From the NCBI GenBank assembly GCA_963664225.1, contig OY760937.1, positions 3,008,001 to 3,072,000 on the forward strand: a DNA stretch of 64,000 bases, written 5' to 3'. Positions 29,487 to 39,128 of the stretch are shown here, in pieces (positions within the stretch are counted from its first letter, which is position 1; every line of letters starts with the position of its first letter). The stretch comes from Verrucomicrobiia bacterium. Lineage in GTDB: Bacteria; Verrucomicrobiota; Verrucomicrobiia; Limisphaerales; UBA1319. The position numbers and the translations under genes were made by a program. The notes under the pieces are model-generated. The model was not told where the DNA came from. It did not search any database and saw only the letters and a list, made by a program, of their open reading frames with translations.

Positions 29487-30493
29487 AACCGCTTGAAAAA
29501 CGACGAAAACGGACCGGTTCAGGGCTGCGACTCCTGGTGGCCCAGGGGATGGCATTGCTATGGCTGGGCGGAGTGGTGACGCCAGCCCAGCAAGGGCCTC
29601 CGGGCCCGGATACGAACCAGCCTGGGCCATCAGCCCAGGAACCCTCCGCAGGACCGGAGACCAACCCACCAGCCGGACCTGCCGCCGAGCCGCCCATGAA
29701 CCCGGGGCCCGATCAAGGCCCGCCGCCGGAACAGGAACCGGACGCAGACGCGCAAGCCAAAACACAGGAGGCGCCGGAGCAAATCAAGGTTTCGCCCGCG
29801 GCAACCAATCCATCGGCGATCACGGAGAAGAGACCGGTCCCAACCTCTGGAACCAACCAATTGCAATCGCTGGCCGCAGAGCAAAAGCCCGTTGCCACCG
29901 GGACAACCAACTCACCGGTAGTGCGGGAACAGAAATCGACCAGGAACCGGGAATCCAGGCGTCGGACGGCGCCGGAGGAGGATTCCGCCGTGGGCACGGG
30001 AACGAATCTGTTGGCCTTCAAGATCATTTACGAGCGCAATATATTTAATCCGAATCGCGGACCGCGCGCCTCGCGCCGCAATGAGGCGGATGCGCCCAAG
30101 CCGGTGAAGATCGAGGGTTTTTCACTGGTGGGAACGTTGATGTCGGACAAGGGGGCCTATGCCTTCTTCGATGGCACGGAGGCCCGCTACCAGGCGGCGC
30201 TCCAAACCTCCAATAAAATCGCCGGTTATACGGTGGCGGCGATCAACCCGAATTTTGTCACGCTGCGCTCGCCCAGCAACAGCTTCGATTTGGTCATGAA
30301 CATGCAAATGCGAAAACAGGACGAGGGGGACTGGGAATTGACGGTCGCGACGGGTTCCTGGAACAGCACCAACAGCGCTTCTTCAACCAACGCCACCGTG
30401 GGGGCTTCGGATGAAGAAGGGGGCAACGATGCCGCGGCGGATGCAGTGATGAAACGATTGATGAAAAAACGTGAAGAGGAGTTGAAAAAATGA
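29483..30493 (+). CDS. GspC/PilP-like protein with long Pro-rich linker
   Basis: N-terminal hydrophobic segment, Pro/Thr-rich linker, ERNIFNP..FSLVGTL..AFFDG..IAGYTVAAI..VTL; overlaps both neighbours. Confidence 0.55.
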   Translation: MKPLEKRRKRTGSGLRLLVAQGMALLWLGGVVTPAQQGPPGPDTNQPGPSAQEPSAGPETNPPAGPAAEPPMNPGPDQGPPPEQEPDADAQAKTQEAPEQIKVSPAATNPSAITEKRPVPTSGTNQLQSLAAEQKPVATGTTNSPVVREQKSTRNRESRRRTAPEEDSAVGTGTNLLAFKIIYERNIFNPNRGPRASRRNEADAPKPVKIEGFSLVGTLMSDKGAYAFFDGTEARYQAALQTSNKIAGYTVAAINPNFVTLRSPSNSFDLVMNMQMRKQDEGDWELTVATGSWNSTNSASSTNATVGASDEEGGNDAAADAVMKRLMKKREEELKK

Positions 30494-32106
30494 AAGCTTT
30501 GAAATTGTCCGGTTTACTCATGATCTCGGCGATGGGGATCCATCCGGCCCAGGCGCAGGAGGCGACCAACGCCGCTCCCGCAGAAACCAAACCCGTGCTG
30601 AGCGCGCCAGCCCAGACCAATGACACCGCGCAGGCCAATCCGCCCCCGGCGGATCAAAAAGGAACGCCCCCGGCGGCCACGCCCGTGCCCATGGTGACGA
30701 CGGCAACGAACTCCACGGTGTCTTCGAATGCGGCGCCCGGGGCCCTGACGAATGCCGCGGGCGAGAAGTTGTTGCGCCTGAATTTCCATGGGGTGCCGCT
30801 CTCGATGGTGCTGACCTACCTGAGCGATGCGGCCGGGTTCATCATTGTGCTGGAGACCGAGGTGACCGGCAAAGTCGATGTCTGGAGCCAGAACCCCGTG
30901 ACGGTTGACGAGGCGGTCAACCTGCTCAACTCCATCCTCAATAAAAATGGCTACGCCGCCATTCGCAACGGACGCACGCTCACGGTGGTCAGCCGCGCCG
31001 ATGCCAAGACGCGCGATATCCCGGTGAAGATCGGCAGCAACCCGGCGGAAATTCCCAAGAACGACGAAATGGTCACACAAATCGTTCCCGTCCGCTACGC
31101 CAACGCGGTGCAAATGGTCAAGGACTTGCAACCCTTGCTGCCGGCCTATGCGTCGCTCACGGCCAATGAGAGCGGCAATGCGCTCGTTTTGACGGACGTG
31201 CAGTCGGATATCCGGCGCATCGTTCAAATCGTCAAGGCGCTGGACACCTCCATCTCGAGCATTTCCACGGTCAAGGTGTTTCCGCTGCGTTTCGCGGATT
31301 CCAAGGAACTGGTGGCGGAGGTCAAGGAGCTGTTCCCCACCCAAAACGCCGCGGGCAACGGCGCTAACAACAATCCCATGGCGATGTTCCCGGGCTTCGG
31401 CGGACGAGGCCGGCAAAACACCCAGGCCGCGAGCACCAGCGAAGCCCGCACCGCCGCCGGACGCGTGACGGCCGTGGCGGATGAACGCACGAATTCGTTG
31501 GTCGTGAGCGCCCCGGATGATGCCATGCCGGTGATCGAACAGTTGGTCAAGGAAATCGACACCAACGCGGAAAACATCACCGAGCTGCGGGTTTTCCATC
31601 TCAAATATGCCGATCCCGTGGAAATGGCCGATCAGTTGACCTCGCTGTTCCCGGATACGACATCGAGCGCCAACGCGCGCTCCTCGATCCAGTTCGGACG
31701 GGGCGGATTCATGCGCGGGGCCATGGGGGGCGCCCAGGCCGCGACCTCCAGCAGCCGGGCCCAGCAAAAGAACCGCGTGCTGGCTGTGCCGGATCAGCGC
31801 ACGGCCTCGGTGATTGTGACCGCGGCATCCGATCTGATGCCTCAGATTTCGCTGATGATCGAACAGTTGGACGCGAACCCGGCGAAAAAGCAGAAGGTGT
31901 TCGTCTATTCGCTGGAAAACGCCGATGTGGATAATGTCGTGGGCGTTTTACAGGACATGTTCCAATCCTCGAACTCGCGCGGCTCCTCGACGAGCACACG
32001 GCAGAATAATGCCCTGAGCACGCGCCAAACCCAATCCAGCCAGTCCACGTCCTCTTCGACGTCGGGTAACAACCGCAGCTCGGGTGGCGGAGGCTTCGGA
32101 AACTAG
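30490..32106 (+). CDS. gspD: Secretin N-terminal periplasmic domains only (N0/N1/N2 plus first half of N3)
   Basis: Signal peptide; LRLNFHGVPL (N0), repeated NolW-like domains (VRYANA, LRFADS, LKYAD, LENAD; ADERTNSLVV); ends in a Ser/Gly loop with no secretin barrel. Confidence 0.85.
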   Translation: MKALKLSGLLMISAMGIHPAQAQEATNAAPAETKPVLSAPAQTNDTAQANPPPADQKGTPPAATPVPMVTTATNSTVSSNAAPGALTNAAGEKLLRLNFHGVPLSMVLTYLSDAAGFIIVLETEVTGKVDVWSQNPVTVDEAVNLLNSILNKNGYAAIRNGRTLTVVSRADAKTRDIPVKIGSNPAEIPKNDEMVTQIVPVRYANAVQMVKDLQPLLPAYASLTANESGNALVLTDVQSDIRRIVQIVKALDTSISSISTVKVFPLRFADSKELVAEVKELFPTQNAAGNGANNNPMAMFPGFGGRGRQNTQAASTSEARTAAGRVTAVADERTNSLVVSAPDDAMPVIEQLVKEIDTNAENITELRVFHLKYADPVEMADQLTSLFPDTTSSANARSSIQFGRGGFMRGAMGGAQAATSSSRAQQKNRVLAVPDQRTASVIVTAASDLMPQISLMIEQLDANPAKKQKVFVYSLENADVDNVVGVLQDMFQSSNSRGSSTSTRQNNALSTRQTQSSQSTSSSTSGNNRSSGGGGFGN

Positions 32107-32114
32107 GAACCATC

Positions 32115-33341
32115 ATGAACCTGGCTAATAAAACCATTTTGAATAAAGAAAGAAATATGATTGCAAGGCATTTTCGATTTGCGGGCGTTCTGGCCCTGCT
32201 CCTGGTGTTGTTCCTGGCCGACGCCACGCGCGTCCTGGCCCAGGCCACGCGCAGCGGCAGTTCAACCCGCAGCGGCAGCAGTTCCCGCTCGGGCTCCAGC
32301 TCCCGCTCGTCCACGCGGGAATACAACTCCAACGGCATGATCGGTGATGCCATGATCAGCAGCGATCCCGAGACGCGCCGCATCATTGTGATCACCGACG
32401 AAGACACCAATCTGAGCATCAGCCAGGTGGTGACCAATCTGGACCGGCCCAAGCCGCAGGTCCTCATCAAGGTCGTGTTCCTCGAGGTCACGCACAATGG
32501 CGGTTCGGACATTGGTGTGGAAGGCAGTTACACCCACAAGATCAGCAACTCGACAACAGGGACTGTTTCAACGCTCTTCGGCGGAATGGCCCAGCAGACC
32601 AGCGGCGGATTCTACAAGGTTCTCAGCGATGATTTTCAGGTGACCTTGCGGGCCATTCAAACGGCCGGAAAAACCGAGGTGCTCTCCCGCCCGTCGATTC
32701 TGGCCCGGAATAATCAGCTGGCGACCATCATCGTGGGTCAGGAGATTCCCATCATCACGGCCACCCGGCTGGATATTAACAATAATCCCATCAACACCAT
32801 TTCCTATCAGGACATCGGCATCATCCTGCGAGTGACCCCGTTCATCACCTCGGACAATCTGGTGGAAATGATCGTCTCGCCCGAGATTTCGAGCCTCACG
32901 GACCAGACCGTGCCCATCGCCTCCAACGTCAGCGCGCCGGTCATTTCAAAGCGCTCCGCGGACACCGTGGTGGTCACACCCGACGGCTCGCCCGTGGTCA
33001 TCGGCGGTTTGATGCAGAACCAGAAGATCGAATCGGTGCAGAAAGTGCCGCTGCTGGGGGATATCCCATGGCTGGGGATGGCCTTCAAACGCACCATCAA
33101 AACGGACACAAAAACCGAGTTGATTATGATTCTGATTCCGCATATTGTACAGAAGCCCTCGCAACTGGCCGCCATGTCGGATCATGAGCGCGGGCAGAAC
33201 GAAATGACCCCCAAGGCCTTTTCTGAGAAGGAGCTCGACCGCTACATCGACACTCTGCCGGTGAAGACGGAGACAGTGCCTGGAACCGATCCCGTGCCAG
33301 ACACCACGAAGAAATCATCCAGCAAGAAGAAGAAAAAGTGA
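32115..33341 (+). CDS. gspD: Secretin C-terminal barrel protein with its own signal peptide
   Basis: Signal MIARHFRFAGVLALLLVLFLADATRVLA-Q (alternative start 32157); LDRPKPQVLIKV, LSRPSIL, VGQEIP, YQDIGIILRVTP, IGGLM, KVPLLGDIPWLG.AF, TELIMILIPHIV. Confidence 0.9.
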   Translation: MNLANKTILNKERNMIARHFRFAGVLALLLVLFLADATRVLAQATRSGSSTRSGSSSRSGSSSRSSTREYNSNGMIGDAMISSDPETRRIIVITDEDTNLSISQVVTNLDRPKPQVLIKVVFLEVTHNGGSDIGVEGSYTHKISNSTTGTVSTLFGGMAQQTSGGFYKVLSDDFQVTLRAIQTAGKTEVLSRPSILARNNQLATIIVGQEIPIITATRLDINNNPINTISYQDIGIILRVTPFITSDNLVEMIVSPEISSLTDQTVPIASNVSAPVISKRSADTVVVTPDGSPVVIGGLMQNQKIESVQKVPLLGDIPWLGMAFKRTIKTDTKTELIMILIPHIVQKPSQLAAMSDHERGQNEMTPKAFSEKELDRYIDTLPVKTETVPGTDPVPDTTKKSSSKKKKK

Positions 33342-33348
33342 CCCACAC

Positions 33349-34968
33349 ATGTTCGCGCGCAACAAACTAATCTTCCGCCTGCTGGTGGCTGTGTGGGCGG
33401 TCATCATCGTCTGGCAGGCGATGGAACATCACCGGGTGACGGAGCAGGCCCGAACGGCGGTCATCAGCCGCGCGCGCGACATCACGGGCACACTGGGGCT
33501 GGTCATCCGATCCCAGCGGCGGTTTGGCGCCATTGTTTCCAAACCCAGGCTCGAATCCGCCCTCAAAGAGCTGGTCAACTCCGACAAGCTCAAATCGATC
33601 GTTCTGCTCAATGCCTCCGGGGACGAGGTGGTTTCCGCGGGCGAACCAGTCGATTTGAACAACAAAGGCGTGCCTCAAAAGGATATTCACTGGGGCAAGA
33701 ACACCGTGACCATTGTGAACCTGGTGGATCTGGGGGCCTCGCTCCAGCAGGACGGCACCAATTCTGTTCCCACCATTGTCGTCACGGAGCCCAATCCCCG
33801 GGATATTCATCGGGACAACTGGCCCCGCTTTGGCCCCCCGCCTGCGGGCACGGGCCCCGGTGATGAAGGCGGCACCAACAGGCCCGCCCCCGATATGACG
33901 CGCACCAATATCCCCCCGCCGCCACCCAACATGGAGCATGGTGAAGACGGGCCCGGCGATGGTCCGCCCCCGCGCGACATGGTGCGCTCGAATATGCCGC
34001 CTCAGGACATGCGCCGCTTTGCGGGCCCCCGTTCCGGCTTTCGCCGTCCGCCCTGGATGAGCGAGGAGGAGTATAAATCGGTGATTGAGAAGAAGGGTTT
34101 GCACGGTCTGGCGGTGGTGCTCTCCACCATTGATTTTGAGGAGGCATCGATGCGCGATCTTTGGATGCGGCTGGTGATCTGCGGATTTGCCGGATTATCG
34201 GTCGTGAGTTTTGGACTGGCCTGGCGGAACCTGGTGAAGTCCTCCGAATTGCAGATGCGCCTGGTGCGCGCCCGTGAGGCCAATTCGCAGTTGCGCGAGA
34301 TGAACGTGGCGGCGGCGGGCCTGGCCCACGAGACCCGCAACCCGCTGAACATCATTCGCGGCCTGGCCCAGATGATTTCCAAGGCGCCGGATGTGCCGCA
34401 GGAAATCCGCCAGAAGTCCGTGGATATCACGGGCGAGGTGGACCAGGTCACGGTGCGGCTCAACGAATTCATCAATTATTCCAAGCCACGCGAGGTGCGC
34501 CGCTCCCCGGTGCTGGTCAGCGCGGTGGTCGCGGATGTGGCGCGTGCTCTCAAGAGCGACCTCGAGGACAAGGAGATCACACTGGAGCAGCGTGTGGAAG
34601 GCATCACGATCAACGCCGACCAGCAGTTGCTCCGTCAGGCGCTCTTTAACCTGGTGCTTAACGCGATCCAATCCGTGGAGCCCAAGGGCAGGATTGAGAT
34701 TGCCACGCGCAAATCCGGTCCGCAGGAGGCCTGTTTCGAGATCTCGGACAACGGTCCGGGCGTGCCGGAAAGCCAGCGCACCGAGATCTTCCGCCCCTAT
34801 TTCACGACCCGCGAAAAGGGCACCGGCCTGGGCTTGGCCATTGTCAAACAGATCGTCATGGTACATGGTTGGGAAATCGAGTGTCTGGCCAATGACGGCA
34901 AAGGCGCGCTATTCCGCGTCAGCCGCATTGAGCTGATCGCTCCCAAAACCGAACATGCCGCCAGCTAA
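33349..34968 (+). CDS. Membrane sensor histidine kinase (ZraS/NtrB-like)
   Basis: Two TM helices around a Pro/Met-rich periplasmic domain; AAGLAHETRNPL, NLVLNAIQ, DNGPG, GTGLGLA. Confidence 0.92.
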   Translation: MFARNKLIFRLLVAVWAVIIVWQAMEHHRVTEQARTAVISRARDITGTLGLVIRSQRRFGAIVSKPRLESALKELVNSDKLKSIVLLNASGDEVVSAGEPVDLNNKGVPQKDIHWGKNTVTIVNLVDLGASLQQDGTNSVPTIVVTEPNPRDIHRDNWPRFGPPPAGTGPGDEGGTNRPAPDMTRTNIPPPPPNMEHGEDGPGDGPPPRDMVRSNMPPQDMRRFAGPRSGFRRPPWMSEEEYKSVIEKKGLHGLAVVLSTIDFEEASMRDLWMRLVICGFAGLSVVSFGLAWRNLVKSSELQMRLVRAREANSQLREMNVAAAGLAHETRNPLNIIRGLAQMISKAPDVPQEIRQKSVDITGEVDQVTVRLNEFINYSKPREVRRSPVLVSAVVADVARALKSDLEDKEITLEQRVEGITINADQQLLRQALFNLVLNAIQSVEPKGRIEIATRKSGPQEACFEISDNGPGVPESQRTEIFRPYFTTREKGTGLGLAIVKQIVMVHGWEIECLANDGKGALFRVSRIELIAPKTEHAAS

Positions 34969-36349
34969 AGGATCCGCAGACCATAACGAGGGGCCGTGCA
35001 TTCTGATCGTCGATGACGATGCGGGACAGCGCAGCCTGCTGGACTCCTTTTTGCGCGGCCAGGGTTTCCAAACCATCGTCGCCTCCTCCGGGGAAATGGC
35101 CCTTGAAGCCCTGGGCGTCCACCCCGTGAGCATGATGATTTCGGACGTTCGCATGCCGGGCATGACCGGTCTGGAAACCCTTCGCAAGGCCCGCCAACAG
35201 CATGCCGTCCTGCCCGTCCTGCTCGTCACCGCGTTTCCCGATGTGCGTGACGCCGTGGGGGCTATGCGCGATGGCGCGGTCAATTACCTGGAAAAACCGA
35301 TCGACCTGGACGAATTGCTGGCCACGGTGCGCAAAACCACCGGAATGGAAACGCCCGCCGCGCCCATACTGGCCCAGATGCCGCCGTTGCCCGAAGGAGT
35401 CGTGGCCATGAGCCCGCTCATGCAGGCCGTGTTCCGGGACGCCTTCCTGGTGGCCACCTCGGACAGCCGCATCCTCATCACCGGGGAAAGCGGCGTGGGC
35501 AAGGAAATCCTGGCCGACGTCATCCACGCCTGGAGTCCCCGCGCGGCGGGTCCGCTGATCAAAATGAATTGCGCAGCCATTCCCGAGAACCTGCTGGAGA
35601 GCGAGCTTTTCGGACACGAAAAAGGGGCGTTCACCGGCGCGGTCAGCCAGCGCATCGGGCGGTTCGAGGAAGCCAGCACAGGCACACTGCTCCTGGACGA
35701 GATTGCGGAACTCTCCTCCGGTCTCCAGGCCAAGCTCCTGCGCGCGGTTCAGGACGGGAAGTTTCAGCGCGTGGGTTCCAACAAGGAACTCCACACGCAC
35801 GCCCGCATTCTCGCCGCCACGAATCGGAATCTGGAGAAGGAAGTGGAGCAGGGGCGGTTTCGCGAGGATTTGTTCTACCGCCTGAATGTCATTGAACTTT
35901 TCGTTCCGCCGCTGCGCGAACGCGTGGCGGACATTGTGCCACTGGCGGGCCAATTTGTGGCTTCATTTTCAAATCGCCGGGCCCGCTTTTCCGCCGCGGT
36001 CATCCAGGTGCTCGAGCATTATTCCTGGCCGGGAAACGTGCGCGAACTGCGCAACGCCATGGAACGGGCCACCCTGCTCGCCCACGGTGAATTGATCCTG
36101 CCGGACCACCTGCCCATGCGGATGCGCCAGCCAGCGCCCGGCGTGGCCGTCCCCGATGGTTCGCAACCCGGCCCGGCCAGTCAATCCAGTCAATTGGAAG
36201 ACCTGGAACGCCAGGCCATTCTGCAGGCCCTGAGCGATCATCGCTACAACCGCACGGAAACCGCCAAGGCCCTGGGCATCAGCCGCCGCGCCCTCACCTA
36301 TAAAATCCAGTATCTCAAGGAAGCCGGTTTCCAGACCGATCCGGTGTGA
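34955..36349 (+). CDS. Sigma-54-dependent response regulator (NtrC/ZraR family)
   Basis: Receiver ILIVDDD..SDVRMPG; GESGVGKE, GAFTGA, FREDLFYRLNV, WPGNVREL; Fis-type HTH. Confidence 0.96.
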   Translation: MPPAKGSADHNEGPCILIVDDDAGQRSLLDSFLRGQGFQTIVASSGEMALEALGVHPVSMMISDVRMPGMTGLETLRKARQQHAVLPVLLVTAFPDVRDAVGAMRDGAVNYLEKPIDLDELLATVRKTTGMETPAAPILAQMPPLPEGVVAMSPLMQAVFRDAFLVATSDSRILITGESGVGKEILADVIHAWSPRAAGPLIKMNCAAIPENLLESELFGHEKGAFTGAVSQRIGRFEEASTGTLLLDEIAELSSGLQAKLLRAVQDGKFQRVGSNKELHTHARILAATNRNLEKEVEQGRFREDLFYRLNVIELFVPPLRERVADIVPLAGQFVASFSNRRARFSAAVIQVLEHYSWPGNVRELRNAMERATLLAHGELILPDHLPMRMRQPAPGVAVPDGSQPGPASQSSQLEDLERQAILQALSDHRYNRTETAKALGISRRALTYKIQYLKEAGFQTDPV

Positions 36350-36436
36350 GCCGGGGCGTAGGAATCGCATTCGCCGCGGCGAATGATTACGGGTGCATGG
36401 GATTTTCGGGTGGTGTTATTTCCAAAGGAATTGATG

Positions 36437-36527
36437 CAACTCCTTCGGAGTAGGGTTGGGGGGCTGCTTCCCGGGGTAGCCCTCGGCGGGCAACTCCGGG
36501 CTGTGTGATTTTCATTCTTTCAGAATG
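36437..36527. repeat. Three-hairpin intergenic palindromic element
   Basis: ACTCCTTCGGAGT, CCGGGGTAGC..GCAACTCCGG and CATTCTTTCAGAATG; architecture similar to 40162-40264. Confidence 0.45.
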
Positions 36528-36564
36528 AACCAAGGGGATGGCAATGGAGGCCTCTCCGCAGTTC

Positions 36565-37263
36565 TCAAATTGCCGAGCGGCGCTGCAAGGCCGCCTGTCG
36601 GAAGTGGCCACCGCGTGGGGTTGGCTGGGGCAGGGCATGTGTTTTGGCGGCGGTGCAGCCGCAGCGCACCTGATCCCGGCATTTGGCCACCGGGGTGCGC
36701 CGGGCGTATGCGGTTATGGATTCAAAGGTGTCCAGCCCCGCGGATTCCAATCGCTGGCGGTAAACTTTCTCGAATAACTCCACGACGGCCATAACGTCGT
36801 TCTTGGCCTGGTGGCTCTGACTCGGAGTCAGGTGAAAGCACTGTTTGAGGACATCGAGGCGGCAACTGCTGGTTTCCGTCACCAGTCTGCGTGCCAGCAT
36901 CATGCTGCAAAAGCCCCGCTGCCCAATCCGGGGAACGCCCAGTCTCGTCCACTCCGGCTCAAGGCATCGGTTCCAGTCGAAGCTCAGATTATGCGCCACC
37001 AGCGGGTAGTCTCGGGCGTAGTCTCGAAAGGCTTCATGGACATGACGCGGCTCCTGGCCGTGCCTCCGCAAATATTCCCGGGTGTAGCCGTGAACCGCGA
37101 CCGCCTCCGGTGGTATCGGCACATCGTGATTGAGCCACATTTGAAACGGCTCGCCGACCCGCTCCCAGCCCTCCATCAACTGGCCGGACAGTTCAACGAC
37201 GTGGATGGGATCCAAAAGGCCGTCGGTCTCGGTATCGATGATGACCCAGCGTGTTCTTTTCAT
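36565..37263 (-). CDS. DEDDh 3'-5' exonuclease (DnaQ-like)
   Basis: IIDTETDG (ExoI), VAHNLSFD (ExoII), HQAKND (ExoIII). Confidence 0.88.
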   Translation of the reverse strand: MKRTRWVIIDTETDGLLDPIHVVELSGQLMEGWERVGEPFQMWLNHDVPIPPEAVAVHGYTREYLRRHGQEPRHVHEAFRDYARDYPLVAHNLSFDWNRCLEPEWTRLGVPRIGQRGFCSMMLARRLVTETSSCRLDVLKQCFHLTPSQSHQAKNDVMAVVELFEKVYRQRLESAGLDTFESITAYARRTPVAKCRDQVRCGCTAAKTHALPQPTPRGGHFRQAALQRRSAI

Positions 37264-37500
37264 GGCATGGTGCCTTGGGTGAGCCTGTCTTCCTTGGAGG
37301 CTCCAGATCGCTTCAAACGATCGAGGATATCGAGTGCCTTCTGTTTCATCGGGTGCGATGTTAGAAGAAACGCGCTGAAAAACAACAATGGATCTTCACC
37401 CGACGGATATGGGGGTGCAGGGCAAAATTCAGGAAGCTGGTAGAAGCCTAAACCGTACGAACCCAGCCAGGACTCCAGTCTGCGATGTGGGGCATGTAAT

Positions 37501-37590
37501 CCGACGCGGCGGTATCCTCCAAACCGTGCAATAAAACCAGGGCTCGCAATACTTCTCCCTCTCCGCTCTGGGGAGAGGGGCGGGGTGAGG
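37501..37590 (+). repeat. Diverged copy of the DUF559-flanking repeat
   Basis: ACGCGGCGG..CAATAAA..GCTCGCAATACTTCTCCCTCTCC..GGAGAGGG.CGGGGTGAGG aligns with 39151-39240. Confidence 0.8.
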
Positions 37591-37733
37591 TGGCTTTTCG
37601 GTTCCCATCATTCCCGTCCAAATACACCAGCAACCCCCAATTCCTCCTTCTTTTGGAGAAGGCCGGGATGAGAATTCCCCTAAACAGAAATTTCGCGCAT
37701 TGAACCCCTGAACCATGTATTTATGCAAGTTTC

Positions 37734-37917
37734 TTGTAATGAAAGACATCCCACTTTGGGTTCATGGGGAGGGCGGTCGTCCTTTCAAATCTGACTTTTG
37801 CCGGACCCTCAATCGGCGTCCGCCCATTCCCGAAACTCTTACTATATTTGTTTCGTATATACTCACATGCCCTTTTTAAGGACTTTTCGCTTACCGAAGA
37901 ATTTTGTCCTGTGCCCC
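37734..37917 (+). repeat. ~180-bp dispersed repeat, copy upstream of GH43
   Basis: Highly similar to 40467-40651 (CACTTTGGGTTCATGGGGAGGGCGGTCGTCCTTTCA.ATCTGACTTTTGCCGGACCCTCAATCGG...). Confidence 0.92.
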
Positions 37918-38025
37918 GGATATGGCCGATCCCCGTGAATTGTGCCAGGCCGGATCGAAGAGCCGTTCGAAAAAGTCAGCACCAGGGATTGCGCAAATGC
38001 CAAAACAATGATGATAATCCGGCCC

Positions 38026-39084
38026 ATGATGAAACTGCATTGGATGGGCTTGCAGGCGGCGCTCTACACGACGCTCTGCACGGCGGTCTGGGTGTTGGCG
38101 GGCGCGTGTGTTGCATTCGGCCAGTCCGCGGCGCCCGTGAAGTCTGTTGAGGGATCGAGCGTGGAAGCGCCCCGGTCGGGCAACCCCATTCTCCACGGCT
38201 GGTATGCGGATCCCGAGGCCACGGTCTTTGGGAACCGCTATTGGATCTATCCCACCTTCTCGGCCCTTTACGACGAGCAGTTGCACTTCGACGCCTTTTC
38301 CTCGCCGGACCTCGTGCATTGGACGACGCACGCGCGCATTCTCGACAACAAGGAAATCCGCTGGGCCAAACGCGCCATGTGGGCGCCCGCCGCCGTGGAG
38401 CGGAACGGAAAATACTACCTGTTCTTCGGCGCGAACGACGTGCACGAGGGCGAAATCGGCGGGATTGGTGTTGCGGTGGCGGATCGGCCGGAGGGACCGT
38501 TCAAGGATTTGCTGGGCAAGCCGCTGGTCAACCAGATCGTCAACAAGGCGCAGCCCATCGACCAGTTTGTGTTCCAGGACAAGGACGGCCAGGATTACCT
38601 GATCTACGGCGGGTGGTCGCACTGCAACATCGCGCGGTTGAAGGCGGACTTCACCGGCCTGGTTCCGTTTGCCGATGGGACCACGTTCAAGGAGATCACG
38701 CCGGAGCGTTACGTCGAGGGTCCCTGCATGTTTATCCGCAATGGCAGGTATTACTTCATGTGGTCCGAGGGCGGCTGGACCGGCCCGAATTATTCGGTGG
38801 CCTACGCCATCGGCGATTCCCCGCTCGGCCCGTTCAAGCGCATCGGGAGGATTCTCCAGCAGGATCCGCAGGTGGCCACCGGCGCGGGGCACCATTCGGT
38901 CATCAAGGTTCCAGGGGCGGATGAGTATTACATCGTTTACCATCGTCGGCCGTTGACCGAAACCGACGCAAACCACCGGGAGACCTGCATTGAGCGGATG
39001 GAGTTCGATGGAGAGGGCTTCATCAAACCGGTCAAAATCACCCGGGAGGGAGTCGCCAGCAGGCCCCTGAACGCAGCGCGCTGA
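38026..39084 (+). CDS. Secreted GH43 glycoside hydrolase
   Basis: Signal peptide; GWYADPE, WAPAA, QPIDQFVF, YVEGP, GAGHHS; start uncertain (38008-38029). Confidence 0.92.
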   Translation: MMKLHWMGLQAALYTTLCTAVWVLAGACVAFGQSAAPVKSVEGSSVEAPRSGNPILHGWYADPEATVFGNRYWIYPTFSALYDEQLHFDAFSSPDLVHWTTHARILDNKEIRWAKRAMWAPAAVERNGKYYLFFGANDVHEGEIGGIGVAVADRPEGPFKDLLGKPLVNQIVNKAQPIDQFVFQDKDGQDYLIYGGWSHCNIARLKADFTGLVPFADGTTFKEITPERYVEGPCMFIRNGRYYFMWSEGGWTGPNYSVAYAIGDSPLGPFKRIGRILQQDPQVATGAGHHSVIKVPGADEYYIVYHRRPLTETDANHRETCIERMEFDGEGFIKPVKITREGVASRPLNAAR

Positions 39085-39128
39085 CGCCATCCGCAGACAC
39101 GCCCCAATGCCTTTTTTATTTCATTGTC

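Noticed and set aside
32090..32160. Frameshift pseudogene of gspD
   Set aside because: Disfavoured because the downstream ORF has its own signal peptide and the break falls in a disordered loop; read-level confirmation is still needed.
37764..38150. ORF MGRAVVLS.. and its twin at 40476-40820 as paralogous genes
   Set aside because: They arise from the 180-bp repeat, diverge beyond it and overlap real GH genes in another frame.
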